This document shows, in pieces, positions 1 through 10,445 of a DNA stretch of 64,000 nucleotides; position 1 is the stretch's first letter, and every line of letters begins with the position of its first letter. This DNA is from Thermoplasmata archaeon. GTDB lineage: Archaea; Thermoplasmatota; Thermoplasmata; RBG-16-68-12. The stretch covers positions 908 through 64,907 of the forward strand of contig DASPZJ010000048.1 of NCBI GenBank assembly GCA_035636315.1. The letters are read 5' to 3'. The position numbers were made by a program, and so were the translations under genes. Under the pieces are notes generated by a model, which saw nothing but the letters and a program-made list of their open reading frames with translations, searched no databases and had not been told where the DNA came from.

Positions 1-544
1 GCCCGATACGGCGGAAGATAAGGTCGGCATACGTGAGCATGAGCCAGCTCACCGCCATCGTCCCGAGGATCGTGGCCAGGATGATGCCGATCCGCAGCAT
101 GTCCAACTCCGGTGACGACGCGCCCGCCATGAGGACCATGACGGTCGTGATCGCGCCGGGACCGGCGAGCATCGGGATGCCCAGGGGCACCACGCCGACG
201 GCCTCGCGCTCGAGCGCCTCTTGGCGGTCCTGGGGCGTGAGCTGCGTCCGGGACCGCTCGCCCTGCATCATCGAGAACGCAATCGAGAACAGGAGGATCC
301 CGCCCGCGACCCGGAACGCCGGGATCGATGTGCCGAACAGGAGGAAGATGTAGTTCCCGACGAGCGCGAAGACGAGGAGCGCGATCGTCGCCGCGAGGAC
401 CGCCTTCTGGATCACCCGCGTCTTCATGGTCTTCGGATACGCTCGCGTCAACACGACGAAGAACGTCATCGCCCCGATCGGATTGACGATCGCGAAGATC
501 GCGACGAACGTCGTGATGACGAACGTCGTGAGGTCGTAGGCCAT
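1..544 (-). CDS. MarC/UPF0056-family integral membrane protein (3' part of gene lies outside window)
   Basis: Reverse translation from ATG (complement of 542-544) gives MAYDLTTFVITTFVAIFAIVNPIGAMTFFVVL..., multi-TM and MarC-like; not in ORF track because it runs off the window edge; preferred over the low-complexity + strand ORF 33..353. Confidence 0.6.
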   Translation of the reverse strand, partial: MAYDLTTFVITTFVAIFAIVNPIGAMTFFVVLTRAYPKTMKTRVIQKAVLAATIALLVFALVGNYIFLLFGTSIPAFRVAGGILLFSIAFSMMQGERSRTQLTPQDRQEALEREAVGVVPLGIPMLAGPGAITTVMVLMAGASSPELDMLRIGIILATILGTMAVSWLMLTYADLIFRRIG

Positions 545-571
545 GGCCCGGCGGCCACACGACCCCCGATA

Positions 572-1330
572 TTAGAAGGTGTCGAGCACTTTCCGCGCGA
601 ACGAAAGATAGCCGGTGTGGCCGAGCGGTGCAAAGGACGGACGGGTGCCGGAGTCGGACGCCTCGATTTCTCGCTCGATGATTTCCAGGGTACGGATTTC
701 TACGAACGGCCCCGCACGGAGCGCTACCACCGTCTGACTAACCTGCTCCATGTTCGGCGAGTACGACGCGAAATGACCGCACGGACGGAGAGCACTGGCG
801 GCGTTCCCGATCGTTTCCCATGGGTCCGGGATGTCGACGACGAATGCGTCTGCGCCAGTTTCCGGGATGCCGACTCGGGCGTCTCCCACCTTGAATTCGA
901 CTCGTTCCTCGAGTCCCGCTGCCGAGACGTTTCGCTGAGCCACATCCAGGAACTCTGGTCGCAAGTCGTATGAGACGACGCGACCTTTTGGACCGACCGC
1001 GTTCGCGAGTACGACAGTCAGGGCACCGGAACCGGCGCCCACCTCGACGATGAAATCACCGGGTTTCACATCGCTGTTCCACACCAGGGCGGGCAGGTCC
1101 TTGGGACCGATGATTTGGGCTTTCCGTCCGAGCAAACCTACAGTGTCGCGGATAGAAGGCGTGAGCACGAGGAACGATCGGCCTCCTACCGTCCACCGCT
1201 TGCCAATCGAGGCGACCAGAGTTTCGGCCCGAACTACGCCAAGTCGCGGGAGCGTCACCGTTTCTCGGTCGAGGACGACCAAGTGCTTTCTGCCCGAGGG
1301 TTCGAGTAGGATGAGTCGAGTCGGGCCCAT
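572..1330 (-). CDS. trmI: tRNA (adenine-N1)-methyltransferase, TrmI/Gcd14 family
   Basis: 252 aa; SAM-binding motif VVEVGAGSGALT plus TrmI-like C-terminal region. Confidence 0.75.
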   Translation of the reverse strand: MGPTRLILLEPSGRKHLVVLDRETVTLPRLGVVRAETLVASIGKRWTVGGRSFLVLTPSIRDTVGLLGRKAQIIGPKDLPALVWNSDVKPGDFIVEVGAGSGALTVVLANAVGPKGRVVSYDLRPEFLDVAQRNVSAAGLEERVEFKVGDARVGIPETGADAFVVDIPDPWETIGNAASALRPCGHFASYSPNMEQVSQTVVALRAGPFVEIRTLEIIEREIEASDSGTRPSFAPLGHTGYLSFARKVLDTF

Positions 1331-1422
1331 GGGATCGTCAAGTCCGCCCCCATTGTAAGACTTTTCTCTAGCCTGGAAAAGTTAAAAGGTCACGCCCCGT
1401 TGCTCGCGTGACAAGATAGACC

Positions 1423-2580
1423 ATGGCAAGCGTTCCCGAGTCGGACCTCTCAACGCAGACACGGGTGCTTCACCGGCGATGGGAGCTGCTTCATCTCACA
1501 CCGAGAGCCCGCCGCCAGCTCGTGCGTGGTGCGCTCGTAGCCGTCATCTTCCTTGCGTTTAACGGCCTCCTCGCAGTCAGGTTTGGCGTCGAGATTCTAA
1601 ACTATACCATCGCGGGACTATCTGTGGCCAGTATCGTGATCGTCGCTGCCATCGGCCTTACTCTGGTCTACGGCATGAGAGGCTTCGCGAATTTCGCTTA
1701 CGGGGACATCATGAGCTTGGGCGCATATGTTGCGCTTCTCGTCAACCTGAACGGATTTTCCCTCATCTGGGGAGCGATTCTTTCGTTCGTGGTCCTGGCG
1801 CTGGTTGGAGTCCTCCTCGAGGTGGCCGTCTTTTCCCGTCTGGAGGGCCGTGGCCCGGTTCCGCCGATTGTCGCCTCCGTAGGAGTGGGGCTCATCATCC
1901 AGAACGGGATTCGGACGATCGCGACGACACAACCGTGGATTTACCCCGTTCCCGCCATTCAGGAAATCCCGATCGTTCCGGGTCTGGGCGTCCATCCCAT
2001 TCGGCACATCCTAACACCTGCCGTGGGACTCGTTTTCGTCCTCTCGGCGCACATCTTGCTGACCTACACGAACCTTGGGAAGGCGATGCGGGCCACCGCG
2101 GACAACCTCGAGCTTGCGAAAGCAACCGGAATCGACACGAAGCGGGTGACGTACGCGACGTGGGCCCTGAGCTGCTCGTTCGCCTCGACGGCGGGCGTAC
2201 TCCTCGGCCTCTACGGGCTTCTAAAGCCGACGATGGGGTTCGAGGTCCTGCTCCTCATCTTTGCTGCGGTCATCGTGGGCGGAATCGGTTCTCCCTGGGG
2301 AGCTGTCCTCGGAGGCCTCGTCATCGGGCTCTCTCAGGAGATGTCCGTCCCCGTCTTCGTGTGGCTCGGACGACCGGACGTCATCGGTTTGGTCAACGCA
2401 ACGGCGTACAAAGTCGCGATCCCATTCATTGTCATGATCGCGGTCCTAATATTGAGGCCATGGGGAATCGCGGGACGGCCGCCTGCCTTCACCGGTCGCG
2501 TTTTTTTCATTGAGAAAATCGCGAAAGCCTTGGGCAGAGGGCCAAAGACCGGGCCACTCGAGGAAGAGAGCGGGGGTTAA
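1423..2580 (+). CDS. livH: branched-chain amino acid ABC transporter permease LivH (true start may be downstream)
   Basis: Multi-TM permease with LivH-like core (LTLVYGMRGFANFAYGD...); first of livHMGF. Confidence 0.8.
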   Translation: MASVPESDLSTQTRVLHRRWELLHLTPRARRQLVRGALVAVIFLAFNGLLAVRFGVEILNYTIAGLSVASIVIVAAIGLTLVYGMRGFANFAYGDIMSLGAYVALLVNLNGFSLIWGAILSFVVLALVGVLLEVAVFSRLEGRGPVPPIVASVGVGLIIQNGIRTIATTQPWIYPVPAIQEIPIVPGLGVHPIRHILTPAVGLVFVLSAHILLTYTNLGKAMRATADNLELAKATGIDTKRVTYATWALSCSFASTAGVLLGLYGLLKPTMGFEVLLLIFAAVIVGGIGSPWGAVLGGLVIGLSQEMSVPVFVWLGRPDVIGLVNATAYKVAIPFIVMIAVLILRPWGIAGRPPAFTGRVFFIEKIAKALGRGPKTGPLEEESGG

Positions 2581-2585
2581 GAGAA

Positions 2586-3551
2586 ATGGCAATCGATACG
2601 GGAATCCTCATCAATCTCGGGTTCTATGTTAGCATCTCGATTATCTTCGCAATCCTCGCTCTCGGGTTCAACCTTCAGTGGGGATCCACCGGACTCTTCA
2701 ACGCCGGCATCGCTGGCTTCTTTCTCATCGGAGCCTACACGGCGGCAATCGCGATCACCCCCCCGACACCCCCGAGCACTGGATACCCGGGACATCTCGG
2801 GGGCTACCAACTCCCGCTTGCCATCGGGGCCCTGCTCGCGATGCTGATGTCCGGTCTCGCTGCCGCCCTCGTCGCGCTCCCCACCGTGCGTCTCCGGGCC
2901 GATTATTTGGCGATCGCGACTCTCGCTTTTGCGGAGGTCGTCCGGACTGTCGCCATTAACCTCGAACCGGTGACCGCCGGAACAATCGGGATTTTTCCGA
3001 TTCCTCACCTTCTCGATTTCACGGGACCGAACGCCGCGTTCCTGAACACGGCCACCGACGTCGGGGTCGGGGCAGCGATCCTCCTCGCGTTGTTCCTTGG
3101 TCTGCATTTCATCGTAGAGTCCCCGTGGGGTCGGGTGCTGCGTGCTATACGCGAGGATGAAGAAGCTACGATGGCAGTCGGAAAGAATACGTTTCGGTAC
3201 AAGCTTCAAGTCTTCGCGATTGGAGGGGCGCTCATGGGTCTCGCTGGGTGGCTCTTCGCGCTGACCCTCCTTTACATCGAGCCTTCTGGCAGCTTCGCTC
3301 CTGCCATCACGTTTTCAGTCTGGGTGATGGTCATCGTTGGCGGAGCGGGCAACCTCCGGGGCGTAATCGCCGGAGCTTTCGTCGTGTATGGCCTGGAGTG
3401 GCTTTCCGTACAGCTGAAGGATGTTGCCCCGGCTTCGCTCAAGGATTCGATTCCCTATATCCGCCTCATGGTGGTCGGCGCGTTGCTGATTCTCCTGATC
3501 ATTTACCGCCCGCAAGGTATCCTTCGGGAGAAGAAACGCGTCTTACGGTGA
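2586..3551 (+). CDS. livM: branched-chain amino acid ABC transporter permease LivM
   Basis: 321 aa hydrophobic permease immediately downstream of livH. Confidence 0.8.
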   Translation: MAIDTGILINLGFYVSISIIFAILALGFNLQWGSTGLFNAGIAGFFLIGAYTAAIAITPPTPPSTGYPGHLGGYQLPLAIGALLAMLMSGLAAALVALPTVRLRADYLAIATLAFAEVVRTVAINLEPVTAGTIGIFPIPHLLDFTGPNAAFLNTATDVGVGAAILLALFLGLHFIVESPWGRVLRAIREDEEATMAVGKNTFRYKLQVFAIGGALMGLAGWLFALTLLYIEPSGSFAPAITFSVWVMVIVGGAGNLRGVIAGAFVVYGLEWLSVQLKDVAPASLKDSIPYIRLMVVGALLILLIIYRPQGILREKKRVLR

Positions 3552-3560
3552 ACGAGATCA

Positions 3561-4324
3561 TGGAGCACCCTGGGATCTTGGGAGTCGTGGGCGTTCGAAA
3601 GGCTTTCGGCGGAATCAGCGCGGTGGACGATTGCTCGCTCTCTGTGTCCGCGCAATCGGTGACCGGACTGATCGGCCCGAACGGCGCGGGGAAATCAACG
3701 CTTTTCAATCTAATCGCGGGTTTGTACCGGCCCGACGGGGGCGAAATCTGGTTCAACGAAACGCGAATCGACGGCCGGCCCCCCTATGAAATCGTTCATC
3801 TGGGCTTGACGAAGACATGGCAGATCCCTCACGAGCTCCGGAACATGACAGTGTTGGAGAACCTCGTCTTAGCCGCTAAACACAACGCTGGGGAGCATTT
3901 GCTCAACCTGTTCGCTCGCCCCGGCCAGGTCCAGCGGGACGAAAAAATGTGCAGGGCCCGGGCCCGCGAGGTTCTGAAGTTGACGCAGCTCGACGCCCTC
4001 GCGAACGAGCACGCAAAGAGCCTGTCCGGCGGTCAGAAGAAGCTCCTCGAGCTCGCGCGGGCTTTGATGACCGATCCGACGCTGGTATTGCTCGACGAGC
4101 CTGTCGCGGGGGTGAATCCGACACTCGCCGCGAGCCTAATGGACCTTATTGAGAAGCTTCGACAGGGGGGACGGACCTTTTTCCTCATCGAACACGACAT
4201 GAACGTCGTAATGAACCGCTGTGACCGAGTAATCGTCATGCACCAGGGACGGACGATCGCGGACGGAACACCGGCCAGTGTGAAGGAGAACCCTCTTGTC
4301 ATCGATTCCTACCTTGGGGGATAG
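3561..4324 (+). CDS. livG: branched-chain amino acid ABC transporter ATP-binding protein LivG
   Basis: Walker A GPNGAGKST, ABC signature LSGGQKK, Walker B LLDEP; ORF-track start 3248 rejected (overlaps livM); start taken at MEHPGILG. Confidence 0.8.
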
Positions 4325-4326
4325 CG

Positions 4327-5097
4327 ATGCTCCTCGAGGCCCAGGGAGTCCATTCCGGCTACGGGGAAATGGAGATTCTCCACGGCGTTACGATGACCCT
4401 TGACCAAGGCGAGATCGTTGCTGTCATCGGCCCAAACGGTGCGGGGAAATCGACGCTCATCAAGACGATTTTCGGTCTCCTGCCTGCGACCCAGGGTCAC
4501 GTGTTGTTCCAGGGCGCGGAAATCACGGGAAGGCATCCGCGGGATCTCGTCCTCATGGGCCTCGCGTACGTGCCGCAGACGAACAACACATTTCCATCGC
4601 TCACGGTCCTCGAGAATCTCGAGATGGGAGCCATCACCCGTCGGACATCGCCGATACCGCTCCCGTGGAACCCCCGGGAACGGACCCACACCCAATCCCA
4701 TATGATGAACGATGCGCAAATCCGGGAACGGGCCGCTGGAGTAATTGAGCTGTTCCCGAACCTGCGCCCCAAACTTCGCGAGCGGGCGGGCAACCTGAGC
4801 GGAGGAGAACAACAGCTCGTCGCATTGGCGAAATCGATGATGCTCGATCCCGACGTCCTTCTGATCGACGAGCCGTCTGCCGGGCTCGCACCAAAGCTGG
4901 TCGACGTCCTCTTCTCGAAGATCGTCGAAATCAACCAGAACGGGAGCGCTGTGGTGATGGTGGAGCAGAACGCGAAGAAGGCATTGGCGATCGCTGATCG
5001 TGGATATGTCCTCGAGACCGGTCGGAACCGGTTCGAAGGCGCCGGGCAAGCGCTCCTTCACAATCCGGACGTGGCGAGACTCTACCTTGGCGGCTGA
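4327..5097 (+). CDS. livF: branched-chain amino acid ABC transporter ATP-binding protein LivF (with ~20 aa insertion)
   Basis: Walker A GPNGAGKST, LSGGEQQ, LIDEP; C-terminal LivF-like; insertion RRTSPIPLPWNPRERTHTQSHMMND. Confidence 0.8.
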   Translation: MLLEAQGVHSGYGEMEILHGVTMTLDQGEIVAVIGPNGAGKSTLIKTIFGLLPATQGHVLFQGAEITGRHPRDLVLMGLAYVPQTNNTFPSLTVLENLEMGAITRRTSPIPLPWNPRERTHTQSHMMNDAQIRERAAGVIELFPNLRPKLRERAGNLSGGEQQLVALAKSMMLDPDVLLIDEPSAGLAPKLVDVLFSKIVEINQNGSAVVMVEQNAKKALAIADRGYVLETGRNRFEGAGQALLHNPDVARLYLGG

Positions 5098-5112
5098 GAC
5101 AAGCTCAGGGCT

Positions 5113-5151
5113 GAGAGAAGAGAAAAGAAAAGAGAAGAAAGGGAAAAAGAG
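5113..5151. repeat. 39-nt homopurine/homopyrimidine tract (GAGAGAAGAGAAAAGAAAAGAGAAGAAAGGGAAAAAGAG)
   Basis: Seen directly between convergent livF and livJ; gives T/C-rich tract on minus strand right after livJ stop (oligo-T terminator-like; H-DNA capable). Confidence 0.6.
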
Positions 5152-5152
5152 T

Positions 5153-6580
5153 TCAGTCTTGCCTCGAAATTGCGACCGCCTGAATCTTCGACACAAAGAT
5201 GTTCGTTTGGGGGGCAAGTACGTTCAAGTCCGCCACTGCCGCCGCCGGTTGTACGAGCGACTCCCCAAAGTACGCAAGGCGGTAAATCTTGAAGTTCGGG
5301 GAAGCGCTGACGCCCCAAACCTCATAGCTCCCGCGGCCGGGATCGTTCGTTGCGTTCAGGTTCTCCGACCCCGCTGATCCTTCCCAGTTGATCGCGTGCC
5401 CGGCGGCAAGCTCCGTCAGTGCTTTCGACCATTGGCCACCGTTGATGACGGTTCCGTTCGGACCCGAGACTGCGCGGAGCTGGGACTTGATTGACGCGCC
5501 GTCAACGGCCCCTGCCTTCTGGGCAGCCAGCGCGATCATGTACACCGCATCATACGCATGAGACGCGTACAGGACGGGCACCTGGTTGAAGAAGCGTGCC
5601 TCGTAGCGTGCGGCGAAGGCGTTGTACAGTGTGCTGTTCGGCGAAGCCGGGGCGGTGCCCCAAATCCGCGTGACGTCGACCCCAACCGCCGGATCCCGCA
5701 ACGAGTCGACAAAGGTCTGATCATCGAGGCCTTCCGAGAACACCCACTGCTTGTTCCAAGAAGGGTGTGTCGACAACCCGGCTTGCCACTGCTTCATCAC
5801 GGTCAACCCGGTGTCTGGGTACGCGACAAAGTACACGACCTCCGGGTTCGTGCTGAAGAGCTGCGTGAGTGCGCTCGTATAGTCCGTCTGCGCTTCCGGT
5901 ATGATCACGGTGTCGTTGACGATTCCCGTCAGGGCGGTGAACTTCGCCTTGAAGTTGGCGGCCAATCCGACCCCATAGGGGTTGTTGATCGCCATGGCGT
6001 TTGCGTATCTGAACGAACTGTTCGTGTACAGATAGCTCCCTGCGACGGCTCCCTGGAGGGCGTCCGAGGAGATGGTTCGGAAGAACCAACCTTTTGTGAC
6101 GGAGAGGTCCGAGAGCTTAACGGAGGTCGCCGAGGGCGAAACCATGACGACTCCATTGGTCGCCGCAATGTCGATTGAAGCGAGGGTGCCACCCGAGAAC
6201 TGAGCCCCGACGATCGCATTCACGTGATTCTGGGTGATGAGTTTCGTCGTCGCCGCGGCGGCCGCGGTCGATTGTGTTTGGTCGTCCTCATTATAGATCT
6301 GAACGGGCTCCCCGAGGACTCCACCCGCGGCGTTGATTTCCTCGACGGCGAGGTTCGCACCTTTCGTATCGCCCGGTCCGTACGGGGACAACCCTCCCGT
6401 CAACGACAGCAGCGTCCCAATCCGCAGTGCAGGTTTCCCTGCCGGCGCGAATAACCCACCGAGCGCCGCGGCCACCACGACCACGATGATCACGACGATG
6501 ACCGCAATGGCAATCCACAACGCCTTGCTCTTCGGGGCGGGCTTTGCAGTCTCCCCCGAAGGTCCCTGTTGCTCCTCCAT
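5153..6580 (-). CDS. livJ: branched-chain amino acid ABC transporter substrate-binding protein (LivJ/LivK type) with N-terminal TM anchor
   Basis: C-terminal 475 aa of the long ORF 5153..8281; MEEQQ..., TM helix WIAIAVIVVIIVVVVAAALGG, then periplasmic-binding-protein type I fold; upstream part of the ORF is low-complexity and spurious. Confidence 0.75.
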   Translation of the reverse strand: MEEQQGPSGETAKPAPKSKALWIAIAVIVVIIVVVVAAALGGLFAPAGKPALRIGTLLSLTGGLSPYGPGDTKGANLAVEEINAAGGVLGEPVQIYNEDDQTQSTAAAAATTKLITQNHVNAIVGAQFSGGTLASIDIAATNGVVMVSPSATSVKLSDLSVTKGWFFRTISSDALQGAVAGSYLYTNSSFRYANAMAINNPYGVGLAANFKAKFTALTGIVNDTVIIPEAQTDYTSALTQLFSTNPEVVYFVAYPDTGLTVMKQWQAGLSTHPSWNKQWVFSEGLDDQTFVDSLRDPAVGVDVTRIWGTAPASPNSTLYNAFAARYEARFFNQVPVLYASHAYDAVYMIALAAQKAGAVDGASIKSQLRAVSGPNGTVINGGQWSKALTELAAGHAINWEGSAGSENLNATNDPGRGSYEVWGVSASPNFKIYRLAYFGESLVQPAAAVADLNVLAPQTNIFVSKIQAVAISRQD

Positions 6581-6757
6581 AGTGACCCCGCGGGCCACAT
6601 GATGCGACACGCCTTTAAGGATTACGAAAGCGCTTTTGCTTTGGTCAACTCTCGAACGTATGCACGGGATTTCGGTCGTTGCGGACCGTGCGCTTGCGGG
6701 CCGGTCGGACCCTTTAAATATCCTCAACCGCATGCGCGGCCGGAGGGCGGGTCCGTG

Positions 6758-7147
6758 GTGTTGGCAACGATTCCGGGCGCGTTTCAGACGGAGCTTCTCG
6801 GAGGCGCGCTGTGCGCGCTCCTCGTCGTGATTTGGGTCATCTTTCTGCTCGTTGCGATCTGGGTGTATCGCGACGCCGAGAGCCGGGGGATGAGCGGCGT
6901 CCTCTGGCTGATCGTCGTCCTGCTGTTCGGGCTCATCGGGCTGATCATCTACCTCGTCGTTCGCAAGGACAAAGTCCAGCCGATGATGACGCAGCCGTAC
7001 GGCCAGCCGCCGTGGCAGCCGCCGCCGGCAGGCGGCATGCCGCCTTCCGCCGGTCCGGCGCCCCCTGCACAGATGACGTGCCGGAACTGCGGTTCGCCGC
7101 TCGCCCCCGGCGCGACGTTCTGCGGGAAGTGCGGCGCGAAGGTCTGA
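6758..7147 (+). CDS. small membrane protein: PLDc_N-like (cardiolipin-synthase N-terminal) 2-TM domain + C-terminal zinc ribbon
   Basis: YRDAESRGMSGVLWLIVVLLFGLIGLIIYLVVRK motif typical of PLDc_N; P/Q-rich linker; CRNCGSPL...CGKCGAKV zinc ribbon; GTG/TTG start 6758/6761 downstream of TATA-like CTTTAAATAT (~6713). Confidence 0.5.
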   Translation: MLATIPGAFQTELLGGALCALLVVIWVIFLLVAIWVYRDAESRGMSGVLWLIVVLLFGLIGLIIYLVVRKDKVQPMMTQPYGQPPWQPPPAGGMPPSAGPAPPAQMTCRNCGSPLAPGATFCGKCGAKV

Positions 7148-7243
7148 GCGGCGGTAGCGGGCGGCACGGGACATCGCTCGAGATCGGACGCCGCCGCGAA
7201 CTCTGCGGAACCCGGCGACGCAAGCGCAGGCTTCGATGCTTTT

Positions 7244-8569
7244 ATGGCGACGGAGCCTTCTCCCGCGCGCGGTGCGCGCATGAAGAGTTCCGACGTGTCC
7301 GGCTTCTACAAGAAGAGCCCGGAGGACCGCTGGCAGACGATCCGCGGTTTCGGCGAGCTCACGGACGCGGAGGTCGACACGATCCGCAACACGGGAGCCC
7401 TGAAGTTCGAGCAGGTCGACCGGATGATCGAGAACGTCGTGGGCACGATGCCGATCCCGCTCGGGATCGCGGTGAATTTCCGAATCAACGGACGCGATTA
7501 CCTCGTGCCGATGGCGATCGAGGAGCCAAGCGTTGTCGCGGCGGCGTCGAATGCCGCGAAGATGGCCCGAGACCGCGGCGGCTTCGCGACCAGCTCGACC
7601 GGACCCATCATGATCGGCCAGATCCAACTCGTCGGGGTGCCGGACCCGCACGGGGCGCGCATGACGATCCTGGCGCACCGCGACGAGATCCTCTCCCTGG
7701 CCAACGAGAAGGACCCGATGCTCGTGAAGGTCGGCGGCGGCGCGAAGGACGTGGAGGTGCGCGTCCTCGAGACGCCTCGCGGGCCGATGGTCGTCACGCA
7801 TCTCCTCGTGGACTGCCGCGACGCGATGGGGGCGAACGCGGTGAACACGATGGCGGAGGCGGTCGCGCCCCAGCTGGAAAAGTGGACGGGGGGGCGGGTG
7901 TACCTTCGGATCATCTCGAACCTCGCGGTGCGACGCCTCGTTCGGGCCCGGGCCGTGTTCTCGAAGGACGCGATCCGATCGGAGAACGCCTCCGGGGAAG
8001 ACGTCGTCGAGGGCGTCCTCGAGGCGTACGCGTTCGCCGAAGCGGACCCGTTCCGGTGTGCGACGCACAACAAAGGGATCATGAACGGTATCGACGCGGT
8101 CGTCGTCGCCACGGGGAACGATTGGCGGGCGATCGAGGCCGGCGCCCATTCGTACGCGGCCTGGAAATCGGGCGGCTACCGGTCTCTCACGGCGTGGGAG
8201 AAGGATGCCAACGGGGACCTCGTCGGGACGATCGAAGTCCCCCTGGCGGTCGGGCTGGTGGGGGGAGCGACGGCGGTCCATCCCACGGCCAAGGCCAACG
8301 TCCGCTTGCTCGGAGTGAAGACCGCGCAGGAATTAGGCGAGATCATCGCGTCGGTCGGGCTCGCACAGAATTTCGCGGCGCTCCGCGCGCTGGCGACAGA
8401 AGGGATTCAACGAGGTCACATGTCCCTCCACGCTCGCAACATCGCCGCGACGGTCGGGGCGACAGGGGATGAGGTCGAGCAGGTCGCTCAGCTCCTCGTC
8501 AAGGAGCGAAAGGTGCGGATGGACCGAGCAAAAGAAATTCTCGACGAAATGAGGAAGAAGCGCCACTAA
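7244..8569 (+). CDS. hmgA: 3-hydroxy-3-methylglutaryl-CoA reductase (likely class II / bacterial-type); start possibly at M13 (7280)
   Basis: ENVVGTMPIPLGIA, DAMGANAVNTMAE, GTIEVPLAVGLVGG motifs; ~430 aa. Confidence 0.85.
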   Translation: MATEPSPARGARMKSSDVSGFYKKSPEDRWQTIRGFGELTDAEVDTIRNTGALKFEQVDRMIENVVGTMPIPLGIAVNFRINGRDYLVPMAIEEPSVVAAASNAAKMARDRGGFATSSTGPIMIGQIQLVGVPDPHGARMTILAHRDEILSLANEKDPMLVKVGGGAKDVEVRVLETPRGPMVVTHLLVDCRDAMGANAVNTMAEAVAPQLEKWTGGRVYLRIISNLAVRRLVRARAVFSKDAIRSENASGEDVVEGVLEAYAFAEADPFRCATHNKGIMNGIDAVVVATGNDWRAIEAGAHSYAAWKSGGYRSLTAWEKDANGDLVGTIEVPLAVGLVGGATAVHPTAKANVRLLGVKTAQELGEIIASVGLAQNFAALRALATEGIQRGHMSLHARNIAATVGATGDEVEQVAQLLVKERKVRMDRAKEILDEMRKKRH

Positions 8570-8780
8570 TATATTGGAATCTGGATTATTCCGTTACGCC
8601 GCATTTAGGCCGGAGGTATACTTCGATATGTAGGAGCGATACATGCTATCCGATTCATACATCGGAGCGAATTGTGGGATTTGCATGTTATTTTGTAGCG
8701 CGGGATCGTCAATCCACGCTTATTTCGATATGCGCGGCCGAATAAAAATGACCTCGCTCGGCGACGGCTAAACGCATCGA

Positions 8781-10430
8781 GTGATGCCGTCGACGTCGAC
8801 GCACGGCGTCAGACTTTCGTCGGACCGGCAGACTTTTTTACCCGCAGGTGCCTTTGCGGCCACGGGATGGGTGCGCACGGTACGCGTCGCGATCTACACT
8901 AGAGTGTCGACGGAAGACCAGGCAAAGGAAGGGTTTTCCCTCGATGCACAGAGGGAGCGCCTCCAGGCGTACTGCCTCGCCCGCGACTGGGCGGTCGCGG
9001 CTACCTACATCGACGACGGCCACTCGGGTCGAAACACGAAACGGCCCGCGTATCAGCGGATGATGGCCGAGCGCGAACGTTGGGATGCGCTCCTCGTCAT
9101 CAAGATGGATCGGATTCACCGCAACGCCCGGAACTTCATGGAGATGATGGACGATCTCCGGGAGTGGGAGAAGGACTTCGTCTCCGCGACGGAGTCGCTC
9201 GATACGTCCACGGCCATGGGCCGCTTCGTGATGGACATCATCCAGCGGATCGCCCAGCTCGAGTCCGAGCAGATTGGGGAACGCGTGTACATGGGCATGT
9301 CGCAGAAGGCGAAGGTGGGTCCGGGGATGCTCGGATTCCATGCTCCACTTGGCTACGAGGTTTTGGAGGGTCAGCTCGTCCCTGAGGCCCAAGAGGCGAA
9401 CCTCGTGCGCGAGATCTTCGACCGGTGCCGCGAGGGGCGCACCCTCGATGAGATCGCCTCCGGCCTCAACGCCGACGGTCATAGGACAAAACGAGGCACC
9501 GAGTGGACGGCGGTCAAGGTCTACCGCATCGTGCACAATCCGGTCTACGCAGGTTTCCTGCGGTGGGACGGCATCCTGCGGCGGGCGGAGCACCCCGCAA
9601 TCGTCCCCGTCGAGACGTTCAACGAAGCGCAAGAATCCCTCCGGCATCGGGCCCTGCTCGCGAACGCAAACGGTCCTCCGATCCTCTTGGAGGTGTAAGC
9701 CGTGGACGGACGATGTGCGCGGTGCTGGAGTCCGAAGAATCTCGTGAACCACGAGGCGGACGCGAATCCCCGAGCGGATCCCACCGTGCGCAGGGAGAAG
9801 GTAGTCCTCTGCAAACACTGCGGGGACGGGGCCCCCCTGGACGCGCTGCTGTTCTGGGAAGTATACATGCGCTTCGGCTCGACGCGCGAACTTCTGCAGC
9901 ACTACGGGACAGATTCGGAAGAGCTCGCGTTGCAGAAGCTGTGCACGGAGCGCGGGTTGAACGAGCGGGAGGTCCTCCGCCGCGCTCGCGGACAGCAGAG
10001 CGCTGAGGCGCTCAACAACGCCGTCAAGAAGGCGAACGCTTTCCTCACGTATGCCAGCCCGTACGGGTACGATTACGTGAATGGAATCCTCCAGCTACGG
10101 CAGGATGAGGCTCGCGTCGTCTCGCTCATCTTCCGCAGGTATCTCGAGGGCAAGGGCATCGCAAAAATCTGCCAGGAACTGAACCGGGATGGCTATCGCA
10201 CCAAGACGGGCCGCGCTTGGGCGAGTCAGACGATTGCGAATATCCTCAGCAACCCCGTGTACTGCGGCCTCGCCCGCTTGAACGGCGGCATCAAGCGAGG
10301 AAGGCACGAACCCCTGATCGAAATCGACACGTTCAACCGGGTCCAGAACGAAATGCAACGCCGGATCCGCCGACCCGATCAGAGGAAGGCTCAGCCGCCG
10401 CAGCTGCGGCTCGAGGACTACTCCCCGTGA
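8781..10430 (+). pseudogene. large serine recombinase (resolvase catalytic domain + recombinase domain + zinc ribbon + second recombinase-like domain) interrupted by in-frame TAA at 9699-9701
   Basis: ORFs 8781..9698 and 9702..10430 are in the same frame separated by a single TAA; N-terminal VRVAIYTRVSTEDQ (catalytic Ser region, likely GTG start 8871); recombinase-domain blocks YEVLEGQLVPEAQEANLVREIF... and YGYDYVNGILQLRQDEARVVSLIF...; zinc ribbon CARCW...CKHCGDG. Confidence 0.6.
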
Positions 10431-10445
10431 GCGGAGCGTGGGACA

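Noticed and set aside
33-353. Plus-strand ORF (106 aa) at window start
   Set aside because: Arg/Ser/Pro-rich low complexity; opposite strand encodes a convincing MarC-family membrane protein.
3248-3560. ORF-track 5' extension of livG
   Set aside because: Overlaps livM coding region in another frame; LivG homology begins at MEHPGILG (3561).
6636-8281. Long minus-strand ORF 5153..8281 upstream part and plus-strand ORF 6811..8472 (553 aa)
   Set aside because: Extremely Arg/Gly/Asp-rich with no motifs; antisense or out-of-frame to hmgA and the PLDc_N gene; typical high-GC spurious ORFs.
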